NCBI GenBank assembly: GCA_965217585.1
Contig: OZ244561.1
Span: 6,752,001 to 6,816,000, forward strand
Length of the DNA stretch: 64,000 nt
Reading direction: 5' to 3'
From: Candidatus Latescibacterota bacterium
GTDB taxonomy: Bacteria > Latescibacterota > UBA2968 > UBA8231
Below, in pieces: positions 49,767 through 59,699 of this stretch. The position numbers and the translations under genes are program-made. Position 1 is the first letter of the stretch; each line of letters opens with the position of its first letter. The notes under the pieces were generated by a model. That model was not told the origin of the DNA. It saw only the letters and a program-made list of their open reading frames with translations, and made no database searches.

Positions 49767-50603
49767 TTAGGGCAGCTTGGTCGTCTTCTTGGCTTCTATC
49801 AGTCCGTCCACCTCGACCTTATAGATATACACCCCGGCGGCCACCACCTTGCCCTCCTCGTCGCGGCCATTCCACATAAACCGATGGCTACCCGCCCCAA
49901 GCGGCCCATCCCACAACTGCCGCACCCGATGCCCTAACACGTCGTAGAGTGCCAAGTGGACCCGCTCCTCGTCGGTAGCTAGGTCGAGGGGAATGACCAT
50001 CTGGGGATTAAACGGATTGGGATAACTATCGCCCAGCCGATGCTGCGCCGGCCGCGCATCCGCCGACGTCAGCACGGCGGTCGCAGTCGGCTGTTCAGCC
50101 TCCGAACAAGGGGTGGAGGAGCACCAGCAATCTAACCAATAAACGTTGTCATCGTCGTCTTGGTACGTGGTGCAGTACCGGTACGGCTCGGTCGAGTTCA
50201 ACTCCGCGCAATCGTCGAAGTAGCTGCACTCAGTCTTTAGAGTGAGGTCGAGGCAAGGGACGGTCTGCATGGCAGTCGCGAACGGCTGCTCAGCCTCCGC
50301 ACAGGGCGTGGAGGAGTGCCAGCAATCTCCGGTTATGTAGAAGTTGCACTCCCAGTCCAAGCCATAGGTGCAGTAGAGGTATTTCTCCGTCGAATCCGCC
50401 GGTGCACTATCGAAGCAGGGGTTGGAACTGGGGCTACAGCCTATCCAAGTGCTCGGGCACACTATGTCGTCTTCGGATTCCCTAGCGTCGGCGAGGATCG
50501 CAAGCCCCGCGAGGACACTTACGACCCACACGAGCCCTACTAGCCCCTGCCGAGCCGGGACCAAGCCGCTGGACGAGCCAATAAATTCACGCAACCTGTT
50601 CAT
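49767..50603 (-). CDS. Exported Cys-rich two-repeat protein with FlgD-Ig/CTD
   Basis: Hydrophobic leader, two STExYxYCT...DCWxSSTPCxEAEQPxATA modules, SYPNPFNP...AKKTTKLP; AGGAG RBS. Confidence 0.8.
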   Translation of the reverse strand: MNRLREFIGSSSGLVPARQGLVGLVWVVSVLAGLAILADARESEDDIVCPSTWIGCSPSSNPCFDSAPADSTEKYLYCTYGLDWECNFYITGDCWHSSTPCAEAEQPFATAMQTVPCLDLTLKTECSYFDDCAELNSTEPYRYCTTYQDDDDNVYWLDCWCSSTPCSEAEQPTATAVLTSADARPAQHRLGDSYPNPFNPQMVIPLDLATDEERVHLALYDVLGHRVRQLWDGPLGAGSHRFMWNGRDEEGKVVAAGVYIYKVEVDGLIEAKKTTKLP

Positions 50604-50726
50604 CTCTTGGTCTCCTTAGTTGTCCAGTACACCCACGGCCCGGTGCCGCTGCGGTGCTGGGAGTGGAGGTTGGGCAACGACCGATACGAATTTGTAAGGA
50701 TGCGGATCATGCTGATACCTCTAAGC

Positions 50727-52052
50727 TCAATCCGCGGCGATTAATTGCCGTGCCAATGATCCCTCCCGCGTCAACGCGTACACCACGATATTGACGCCGA
50801 GGTCATAGACCGGCAACTCATCAGCACCCGTGACAAAACGACCTATAAAGTTGCGGGCCCGATCCGCCTCGCGGATCCGCTCGGCCTCGCCGGCCAACAG
50901 GTCCGCGTAGTTCTTTTGTGAGTAAATCCCCACTATACGGCCATCCACCTGAATGCCCTCCAAGTAATCGGGCGACGATTCGGAGCGAGGATCAAGATAC
51001 CAAAACCAGATGTCCCAAAAGCCTCGCGGCAGAGAGTCCACATCGTAGAAGCAATGGTAGAGCGGGTGCTCGGGTGGCAACCGCACAAAAGACCAATCTT
51101 TGTGTTCGGCGTAGTCAACTTGCTGAAAGGCTTGGCGAATGAAATCGCGCAACGCCGGCAGGTCGTGCTGATAGACGCCAGCGAGCGCGATAGGTCGGGA
51201 GACAATATCCGCATAGAGGAACCCACCCGACGTGAGATAACGGCCCAGATTTTTGGCTTCGGCTTGGGTGAAGGAGACTTCGCCTCCAACCGTCAGCGAC
51301 AGAAACGGCACCTGCATCAGCCGCGGGTCGTCCAAGGCGATACCATCGAGCACTTGGGTGCGCACGCTGGTGCGCTCGCTCATTTTGTCGGCTAGCCCCT
51401 GCAGCATGCGCCGCTCGGCAATGCTGCGCGACCACCCCCCGCTGCGCTCCGAACGAGAGCTGGCGTCGGCGCGTTCGAGTGCTTCACTGTGGATGCCCGA
51501 TAAGTAAAGAAAACCCTTGAGTTGACGCCGGTCTTTTGGATCAACCACTACCATTGCCCGGTGCCGACCCGTGTCCATCGCCTGCACATCCATCAGTTCC
51601 AAGGACAAGTCAATCTCGTCGGCCCCCTGCCGCGTTCCTTCCAACGCCCCAGCGCGCATTTGCGGCCCAATGTGCCGAGCCGGGAAATCCGGGACCGGCA
51701 GCACCAGTCGATCCGGCAACGACGCCGTCGGTAGTCGAAGAGCCGATGACTTGAACACCGGCAACGGACGCGACGCCGAGGGAGCGGGACGGACCGCGGC
51801 GACCGGAGCGGCTTGCAGGGCTGGGCGGCGCACCAACGGGCGTTGCATGGGCCGTTGGCGACGGGTGAGAGTGCGCTGCGGCGGCGGACGTTTGGTAAAC
51901 TTCAGCATGATCGGCGGTAGGACGGGAAATTGAGTGACCCGCTCGCGGTGCGTGATCCCGAAAATCACCAGCAGATGTAAGGCCAGCGACAACACCAAGC
52001 AACTTTGCAGTTTTCTATTTTTTCGGAACGAAACTTTCCATGGCCGTTTCAT
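50727..52052 (-). CDS. DUF4159-domain protein (copy 2)
   Basis: Close paralog of 36821-38134; start moved to 52052. Confidence 0.8.
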   Translation of the reverse strand: MKRPWKVSFRKNRKLQSCLVLSLALHLLVIFGITHRERVTQFPVLPPIMLKFTKRPPPQRTLTRRQRPMQRPLVRRPALQAAPVAAVRPAPSASRPLPVFKSSALRLPTASLPDRLVLPVPDFPARHIGPQMRAGALEGTRQGADEIDLSLELMDVQAMDTGRHRAMVVVDPKDRRQLKGFLYLSGIHSEALERADASSRSERSGGWSRSIAERRMLQGLADKMSERTSVRTQVLDGIALDDPRLMQVPFLSLTVGGEVSFTQAEAKNLGRYLTSGGFLYADIVSRPIALAGVYQHDLPALRDFIRQAFQQVDYAEHKDWSFVRLPPEHPLYHCFYDVDSLPRGFWDIWFWYLDPRSESSPDYLEGIQVDGRIVGIYSQKNYADLLAGEAERIREADRARNFIGRFVTGADELPVYDLGVNIVVYALTREGSLARQLIAAD

Positions 52053-52069
52053 CTGTTCACATCCCTTCG

Positions 52070-52200
52070 CAAAAACACAAGGCACTCACGGCGCAGCAGG
52101 CCCTCAACCGTGCCGGCCCGTTCCAGACAGACGCTCAGACGCTGCAAGCCACCCGCTAGGTGTTGGCGCAATTTCTCCAGCATGTCCGCTCCAAGCCCTA
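52070..52200 (-). pseudogene. 5' remnant of the glycosyltransferase gene
   Basis: Matches 39490-39620 (GGCCCTCAACCGTGCCG...GTTGGCGCAATTTCT.CAGCATGTCC). Confidence 0.8.
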
Positions 52201-52204
52201 TCGT

Positions 52205-54334
52205 CTATTCGAGTTTGACCATCTTGCGGATGCGCGTCTGATCGCCCACTTGCAACCGATACAAATAGACCCCGGCGGCGACGGATCGCCCTTGGGCATC
52301 CCGACCATCCCAAGCCAGCCGATGCTCACCAGCCGCCAGTGAACCCGCCCACACCTGGCGAATCGGCTGTCCTAGGACGTTGTAGATGGTTAAGTCCACA
52401 TCGCCAGCTTCGGTGGGCACGGCCAAAGGGATGGTCGTGGTGGGATTGAATGGATTGGGGTAGTTAGCACCGAGGGCAAAGGCCGAGGGCGTGGTCGCCG
52501 TCTCGGCCGCGACGGCGGTGGCTGGGACGCCTCGATTGAGAAAGACGAAGGCCCCGCCGTCGCCTTCCACATTCCGCCCCAGCACCACCAGATCGGTCGC
52601 CCCATCGCCGTTTACATCGCCCGCGAGCACCTCCCTGCCGATGCCCGGCAGCCGGTAGCGCCCTTCGACGACCGGCACCCCATCGCGCTGGCCGACCAGC
52701 ACCACCAGCGCCGGACCCGTCGCCGGGTTGATATCGACCACGGCCAAGTCCAGCAGGCCATCGCCGGTCAGGTCACTGGCAATGACCCCCCTATCAAAAT
52801 GCTGCGGAGACGGTACGAGCACCTGCGGACCGAGCAGGGTGTGGCGTTCCACCCCGCCCGAGGGATCCACCCGCCACAGCGCCAAACCGTGGTAGGTGGT
52901 CTTAAAATCAAAGTCGAAGAATAGATTCCGCTCGGGCGTCCCGACCAACTCCACCGCCCCATCCCCATCCAAGTCGGTGAGCAGGTGCAGGTCACAGGGA
53001 TTGACCGCGGCCTCAAAAAACAGCGGGGGCGGCTGGCTGGCCGCCCACGGCTGGGTCAAACGCCAAGGCCCCACCGGCTCGGAGCACCCTCGGTTCCACA
53101 ACAGGCGCACGGCCTCGCCCAACGGTTGCCCTGCCAGCAGGAAACGACCGAGCTCTTCTTCGGTGTCGAGGTCGAACCGATCACTGTGGGCAAAACCGGC
53201 CGCGCCGTCATTGACCCACATAGTCACGTTGGACCATAGGTCGTCGAGATCCTCGATCACCAACAGGTCCACATCGCCGTCGCCGTCGCCGTCGGCTAGA
53301 CCAACGATCCAGCCGACGGATAGCTGTAGGCTGGTTTCAAAGCCATCCTCGCCCCGGTTGAGCCACAATTCGATGGTCCGACCGTTACTATAGGCCAGAT
53401 CGAGCAGCCCATCCCCGTCGAAATCGCCCCCCGCAATCATGCTGAACGCCGACTCGTCTTGGCTTAGGCGAAGCACCTCTCCGGTGGGAACCAAGCCGCC
53501 CCAACCATCGCTGGCCGCTATGATCCAGCCCGCAGAGACTTTCACCACCAGATCGGCATCCCCATCGCCGTCGAAATCGCCCAAAGTATCTTGCAATCTC
53601 GATATTCCCTCACCGATACCCCGGCCCAACACAGAAAAACGCGGTTCAGCGAACAATGCGCCGGGCAACCCGGCCTCCACGGCCAGCGCCCGGGGCTGCA
53701 ATTCTCCCAGCAGCAGCTCTTCGGCCCCCGTCAGTTGAATCCAGTCTACTTCGACAAAGGCCGGATGATCGGCCGGACCCTTTAAGTTTAGGTCTAGTTG
53801 CAAGTGGAAGAGGGTGTCCTGCCAAGTGACCGCTCTCCACTTTTCTTCTGGGTTCGCTTCCGCAGCGGCTTCCAAGGCGCGTAAGTCTATCGTGATATTT
53901 TCCCATTCGATGGGATAGAGTTGAAGCCGGATCGTATAAAACCCCGACGGGTCTGGTAGGGCGCCTTGGTCCGCTTCCTTCTTGCGGCGTCTGGACTCGA
54001 CATTGGACCAGTGCATCAGGAGGTTGCCCTCGGTGGGGCGATCGTGGATGATGCGCAGCCGTAAGGTGACCCGGTCGAACAGGGCCGAGTCTTCCCCAAT
54101 CAGCGGCGAGAGCAAGCGAATGGCCGGTCGGTGCCCGCCCGGCACCGGCGCAATGCGCCAGACGCCGGCTTCGACTTCGCTGTACACCGTGGTGGGAGTA
54201 ACGTCACCCAATCTGCCTAATTCGCTCTCCCGGGCGGTCCAGCCCCAAGTCGTGCCCTCGTCAAAATCCCACGTTAAAGCGAAGGCCCCCAGCGGAGCCG
54301 CCAACAATCCAATAGCAACGAGCAAGCAGCGCAT
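52205..54334 (-). CDS. Secreted CBM-like + FG-GAP repeat + FlgD-Ig/CTD protein (A3)
   Basis: Intact paralog of A1/A2. Confidence 0.88.
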   Translation of the reverse strand: MRCLLVAIGLLAAPLGAFALTWDFDEGTTWGWTARESELGRLGDVTPTTVYSEVEAGVWRIAPVPGGHRPAIRLLSPLIGEDSALFDRVTLRLRIIHDRPTEGNLLMHWSNVESRRRKKEADQGALPDPSGFYTIRLQLYPIEWENITIDLRALEAAAEANPEEKWRAVTWQDTLFHLQLDLNLKGPADHPAFVEVDWIQLTGAEELLLGELQPRALAVEAGLPGALFAEPRFSVLGRGIGEGISRLQDTLGDFDGDGDADLVVKVSAGWIIAASDGWGGLVPTGEVLRLSQDESAFSMIAGGDFDGDGLLDLAYSNGRTIELWLNRGEDGFETSLQLSVGWIVGLADGDGDGDVDLLVIEDLDDLWSNVTMWVNDGAAGFAHSDRFDLDTEEELGRFLLAGQPLGEAVRLLWNRGCSEPVGPWRLTQPWAASQPPPLFFEAAVNPCDLHLLTDLDGDGAVELVGTPERNLFFDFDFKTTYHGLALWRVDPSGGVERHTLLGPQVLVPSPQHFDRGVIASDLTGDGLLDLAVVDINPATGPALVVLVGQRDGVPVVEGRYRLPGIGREVLAGDVNGDGATDLVVLGRNVEGDGGAFVFLNRGVPATAVAAETATTPSAFALGANYPNPFNPTTTIPLAVPTEAGDVDLTIYNVLGQPIRQVWAGSLAAGEHRLAWDGRDAQGRSVAAGVYLYRLQVGDQTRIRKMVKLE

Positions 54335-54394
54335 AATAAACCTCCAGAGCTTGTGATCGTGCGGTTTAGACCCCTCATTTCCAAGCCCTATCGT

Positions 54395-56181
54395 CTATTC
54401 GAGTTTGACCATCTTGCGGATGCGCGTCTGATCGCCCACTTGCAACCGATACAAATAGACCCCGGCGGCGACGGATTGCCCTTGGGCATCCCGACCATCC
54501 CAAGCCAGCCGATGTTCGCCAGCCACCAGTGAACCCGCCCACACTTGGCGCACTGGCTGCCCCAAGACGTTGTAGATGGTTAAGTCCACATCACCAGCTC
54601 CGGCGGGCACGGCCAAGGGGATGGTCGTGCCCGGATTGAATGGATTGGGGTAGTTGGCACCGAGGGCAAAGGCCGAGGGCGTTGCCGCCGTCTCGCTGGC
54701 AACGGCTGTGGCTGGAACGCCTTGGTTGAGGAAGACGAAGGCCCCGCCGCCCCCTTCCACACTCCGCCCCAGTACGACCAGATCGGTCGCCTCATCGCCG
54801 TTTACATCGCCAGCGAGCATCTCGTTGCCGATGCCCGGCAGCGGGTAGCGCCCTTCGACGACGGGCACCCCATCGCGCTGGCCGACCAATATTACCAGTG
54901 CCGGACCCGTCGTCGCGTTGGCATCGACCACGGCCAAGTCCAAAAGGCCATCGCCGGTCAGGTCACGGGCAATGACCTGACCATTATACACATACGGATT
55001 CCGCACAAGCACCTGCGGCCCGAGCAGGTCATGGCGTTCGACCCCGCCCGAGGCGTCCACCCGCCACAGTGCCAAACCGTGGTAGGTGTTGCGAAAAAGA
55101 AAGTCGAAGAACAGATTCCGCTCGGGCGTCCCGACCAACTCCACCGCCCCATCCCCATCCAGATCGGCGAGCAGGTGCATATCGCAGGGATTGACCGCGA
55201 TCTCAAAAAACAGCGAGGGCGGCTGGCTGGTCGCCCACGGCTGGGTCAGACGCCAAGGCCCCACCGGCTTGTAGCACGGTCGGTTCCACAACAGGCGCAC
55301 GGCCTCGCCCAACGATTGCCCTGGCAGCAGTAAATGACCGAGCTCCTCTTCGGTGTCGAGGACGAACCGATCGCTGTCGGCAAACCCGGCCGCGCCATCA
55401 TTGATCCACATAGTCACGTTGGACCATAGGTCGTCGCGATCCTCGACCACCAACAGGTCCACATCACCGTCGCCGTCGCCATCGGCTAGGCCAAGGAAAT
55501 AGCTGTCGGATAGCTGTAGGATGGTTTCAAAGCCATCCTCGCCCCGGTTGTGCCACAATTCGAGGGTGGAACCTTGATTAAAGGCCAGATCGAGCAGCCC
55601 ATCCCCGTCAAAATCGCCCCCCGCAATCTCCGGAAAAGCCTCGCTTGGGAGGAGGACCTCTCGGGTGGGGACCAAGCCGCCCACTCTTCTTCTGGGTGCG
55701 CTTCCGCAGCGGCTTCCAAGGCGCGTATATCTATGGTGATGTTTTCCCATTCGATGGGGTAAAGTTGATCACGGCCCATAGAAAACCCCAACGGTATTAT
55801 GGAGCGTTGGCTGCGTTGGCCCGCTTCCTTCTTGCGGCGTCTGGACTCGCCATTGGACCACGCCATCAGGAGGTTCCCCTCGGTGGGGCGATCGTGGATG
55901 ATGCGCAGCCGTAAGGTAACCCAGTCGAACAGGGCCGAGTCTTCCCCAATCAGCGGCGAGACCAAGCTAATGGCGGGTTCTTGCCCCGTCGGCACCGGCG
56001 CAATGCGCCAGACGCCCTCTTCGACTTCGCTGTACACTGTGGTGGGGACACCACGGTCAGTTCCTAAGAGACTCTCGTGGGCGGTCCATCCCCAAGTAGT
56101 GCCCTCGTCAAAATCCCACGTTAAAGCGAAGGCTCCAAGTGGAGCCACCAACAACAAAATTGCTAAGAGCAAGCAGCGCAT
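54395..56181 (-). pseudogene. FG-GAP paralog A4, frameshifted by an internal deletion near 55680
   Basis: N- and C-halves lie in different frames; the segment equivalent to about 53500-53835 of A3 is missing. Confidence 0.85.
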
Positions 56182-56297
56182 AATGAACCTCCAGAGTCAG
56201 GGAGGGAGTGTTAGCCGATCGAATGCCTTACATCTACTAAGTGAGGTGTGGAGCAATAATGCTGCTGTGTCCTGCCTCGCCTTCAACGACGATATAT

Positions 56298-56312
56298 GCA
56301 GGTTGCGTGCCA
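56298..56312 (-). promoter_or_regulatory. Sigma-54 (-24/-12) promoter 2
   Basis: TGGCACGCAACCTGC (GG-N10-GC) at the position equivalent to promoter 1. Confidence 0.8.
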
Positions 56313-56435
56313 ACGATCAGGCCATGCACAAAAAAATCCTTTAGGATACACCTAAAGAATTGAAAAACATGATACTTAAAATTATGGGACGAGTCTTTCT
56401 ACGAGGCACCGCCTCGCCGTCGGCGCAAGGCTTTC

Positions 56436-56489
56436 CACGATTTTTCGTGTATTTCCACGATTTTTTCGTGGGTCTCCACGACTTTCGTT
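56436..56489. repeat. Three phased CACG-N5-7-CGT(G) palindromes, putative UAS array
   Basis: CACGATTTTTCGTG at 56436, CACGATTTTTTCGTG at 56456, CACGACTTTCGTT at 56477. Confidence 0.75.
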
Positions 56490-56526
56490 GGCCGTTGGCC
56501 TCCTGTATAAGCTCTTGCGTCCTGCG

Positions 56527-59500
56527 CTACTTCTTCGGGCGTCGTAACCCGTATTTCTGCATGCGGTAACGCAGCTTCTCCGGGTGCATACCCAACAACG
56601 CGGCTGCACCGTGTACGCCATAGATCCTCCAGTGGGTCGCTTGCAGTGCCTCCACAATCTGCTGCTTTTCGTCCACATCTTTGGCCGGCGGCGTCGCTTC
56701 GTCCGCGTCTTCAGTTCGTCGTTCAGCCGACGGGAGTTCCCCATCCCCGGCGGGCGGCGCAACCGACGACAACGACAAATCCTCCACCCGCACCACGCCG
56801 TCCTTGCACAGCAAGACGGCGCGTTGAATCACGTGCTCCAGCTCGCGCACATTCCCCGGCCAAGCATACCCCTGCAAGTGCGCGACCACCCCGTCGTCTA
56901 AGGTCGGCACTGGTCGCCGTAGGTGCCGAGCATACCGCTCCGCAAAATGCGCCGCCAAAGCCGGGATATCCTCTTGCCGCTGCCGCAGTGGTGGAAGCTC
57001 TAGCGTGAAGACGCTCAGGCGATAGAATAGATCTTCGCGGAACGTGCCGTCTTGGATGGCCTGCCGCAGGTCGCGGTTGGTCGCCGCGATGACCCGCACG
57101 TCCACGCTCACAGGCTGCTGGCCGCCGACGCGGGTCAGTGTATTCTCCTCTAAGATGTGCAGCAGCACCCGCTGAGACTCCAACGGCAAATCGCCGATTT
57201 CGTCCAAAAAGAGCGTGCCACCATCGGCCAGTTCAAAGCGGCCGAGTTGACGGCTAGCCGCCCCGGTAAAGGCCCCTTTCTCGTGGCCGAATAACTCGCT
57301 TTCGACCAACCCGGCCGGCAGCGCTCCGCAGTTGACGCGGATAAAGGGCCGCTTGCGGCGAGTGCTTGTTTCGTGGATGATCTGCGCGAGTATGCCCTTG
57401 CCCGTACCGGTCTCGCCCAGCACCAGCACGGTCATCGCCGTCTCGGCGACGCGCACGGTCTGTTCCAGCACTTGGCGCATAGCCCAACTCTGGCTGTGCA
57501 CGACGTGGTCGGTAGCCCGCAAGACGCTTTCAAGGGCGTGGATGCGTTCGGTTTTGGCGTCGGGGAGGATTTGAATCTCCACGCTGGCCACCTCGGACAG
57601 CAGGCCATCGCGGTCCATCGTCCGCACCTCAAAGCAATACTCGCCCACCGGCAAAGCATTGTACGCGACGGTATCGGCGGCTGTAAACGCGCTCCATTGT
57701 TCCACCGGACCGTGCCCTAACAAGCGGTGGCTGTAGCGCATTTGTCCAGCACCCGTGCGGAAGCTGATGCCCTGGAAGTGAATACGGATTTCAGGGGTAC
57801 TCTCTGGGCAGGCTACAGCTTCGGGCGCGGCCAAGAGGGTGCCGGCCATGACCTCGCGGATGACCAAGCGCGGCGGTGTGTGTCCCGGCTGGTAGGCAAC
57901 CAGCCCCGCCCGCGTCCCAAACCATAGCCGGCCGAGATGATCGCATAGGACGGCTTCGACCTTGTTTTCGAGGGCGGATGGCCCCAAGCGGATGCTCTGG
58001 AAGGTCTCGCCGTCGTAGCGGAGGACGCCGCCACCGCTGGTGCCCATCCAGATGTTGCCCTGCGAATCGGCGGTCAGCGCCAAGATGCCATTGGCGGACA
58101 GCCCAAACTGCTCGGCAGTAAACCGGCGCACCTCTCGCGACGAGAGATCAAGGGCGAAAAGTCCCTTGGCCGTGCCTATCCACAGGGTGTTTTGATGCTC
58201 CCACAAGACGTTGACGTAGGCAATGGTTTCCGTCTCGGCCACTTCCGCTGGACGGAACTGACCGTCCTCGTAATAGTAGAGTGCCGGCACCATTCCGTAT
58301 GAACTAACCCAGAATACTCCCCTCTGGTCTTGCAGTAGGGCGCGGCATTCTTCAAACATCCAACCGGCGAGAGGGGTGAAGCGATTTTCCTCTATCCAGC
58401 CGAGGCGGCCCGTAAGCTCGGTGGCCCATATACGCCCTTGCCCATCCTCGCACAATCCCGAGATTTCCCCAGAGTGGGGATCTTCGGCCACTACGATCAT
58501 TTGCGGCGTTTGCCCCTCCCACCTGAACACTTTGCCCGCGTCCCCACCGCTCCAGACCTGCCCTTGGCTATCCACCACCATCGCCGAGACCATTTCACGA
58601 GGTCCTACCGGAAGAATCTGGTCGTCTTCCATGTAGGCCATGCCCCCCATCGTGCCGATCCACATCCGATTCTTGTGATCTTCGCCTAAGTAGCGAATCT
58701 CGTGGTCGGGCAGACCGTCGACTTCGATGTAGCGACGGATGCTGGCCGGATCGCAAAAAATTAGACCACCGCCCCAAAGCCCGATCCAGATATTGCCCTC
58801 GCGATCCTCGTAGGTCAGGCGCGTATCCGAAAAGTCAATATCCGGTAGGGTGGCGGAAAAGGGGTACCACTCTTGACCGTCGTGTACCACCACACCCCGA
58901 TGGGTCAACCAGAGCCAACCCCTAGCGTCAACTCGCATGTGCCGCGTCCCGTTCTGCGCGGCTCTGTCGGTTCCATTGCCCACGTTAATGAACGCAAACT
59001 GCTCATCTTTCGGATCGTAGCGACCGATCAAAACTTCAGTACCCGTGTAACGGAAGGCGATCCACAGATGGCCAGAAGGGTCTTGGGCGAATTTCCAAGG
59101 CCATTGGACTGCCTGGTTCCCGATACCCATGCGCCTTCCATCTAAGCTGATGACGCCTTGACCCGTAGTCGCCAGCCAAGTAGTACCGCCCGCGTCGGTA
59201 GCCATATCGTACACTCGCCCCAAAGGTTGGCCGCCAACATCGGTTATACACTTCACACAGCGGCCCTCGGCAAACCAAGCCACGCCCGCGCTGGTCATCG
59301 CCACAATCGAACCGTCCGGCTGGTCTTGTAGGCCCAAAATCTCGTTGGAAGGCAGGCCGTGATCGATGGTGTACACCTGAAAACCGCGCCCGTCGTACGC
59401 GGCAAGCCCCCCGCCTAACGTGCCAAACAGTAGCCGCCCGTCCGCATCCTCAGCAATGGCCATGACCGTCAGATTGGGCAGACCGTCTTTGAGACCAAGG

Positions 59501-59664
59501 TTATCAAAATGGGCGCTGTCGAACCGGCTGACGCCGCCGTCGGCGGTGGCAACCCAGAGAAAGCCTTGGCGGTCTTGGTAGATGTCTTCCACATGCATCC
59601 CAGCCAGTCCGTCAAAGACCGTGTACTGGCTGCTCAACACGTGCTCAAAGGATATGTCGCTCAT
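56527..59664 (-). CDS. Sigma-54 enhancer-binding protein with beta-propeller + Y_Y_Y sensor (copy 2)
   Basis: Paralog of 45631-48774 with all AAA+ motifs intact. Confidence 0.93.
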   Translation of the reverse strand: MSDISFEHVLSSQYTVFDGLAGMHVEDIYQDRQGFLWVATADGGVSRFDSAHFDNLGLKDGLPNLTVMAIAEDADGRLLFGTLGGGLAAYDGRGFQVYTIDHGLPSNEILGLQDQPDGSIVAMTSAGVAWFAEGRCVKCITDVGGQPLGRVYDMATDAGGTTWLATTGQGVISLDGRRMGIGNQAVQWPWKFAQDPSGHLWIAFRYTGTEVLIGRYDPKDEQFAFINVGNGTDRAAQNGTRHMRVDARGWLWLTHRGVVVHDGQEWYPFSATLPDIDFSDTRLTYEDREGNIWIGLWGGGLIFCDPASIRRYIEVDGLPDHEIRYLGEDHKNRMWIGTMGGMAYMEDDQILPVGPREMVSAMVVDSQGQVWSGGDAGKVFRWEGQTPQMIVVAEDPHSGEISGLCEDGQGRIWATELTGRLGWIEENRFTPLAGWMFEECRALLQDQRGVFWVSSYGMVPALYYYEDGQFRPAEVAETETIAYVNVLWEHQNTLWIGTAKGLFALDLSSREVRRFTAEQFGLSANGILALTADSQGNIWMGTSGGGVLRYDGETFQSIRLGPSALENKVEAVLCDHLGRLWFGTRAGLVAYQPGHTPPRLVIREVMAGTLLAAPEAVACPESTPEIRIHFQGISFRTGAGQMRYSHRLLGHGPVEQWSAFTAADTVAYNALPVGEYCFEVRTMDRDGLLSEVASVEIQILPDAKTERIHALESVLRATDHVVHSQSWAMRQVLEQTVRVAETAMTVLVLGETGTGKGILAQIIHETSTRRKRPFIRVNCGALPAGLVESELFGHEKGAFTGAASRQLGRFELADGGTLFLDEIGDLPLESQRVLLHILEENTLTRVGGQQPVSVDVRVIAATNRDLRQAIQDGTFREDLFYRLSVFTLELPPLRQRQEDIPALAAHFAERYARHLRRPVPTLDDGVVAHLQGYAWPGNVRELEHVIQRAVLLCKDGVVRVEDLSLSSVAPPAGDGELPSAERRTEDADEATPPAKDVDEKQQIVEALQATHWRIYGVHGAAALLGMHPEKLRYRMQKYGLRRPKK

Positions 59665-59699
59665 ACTCGTCCTTTACGACGCTTGGGAGGTCCGGCCAA

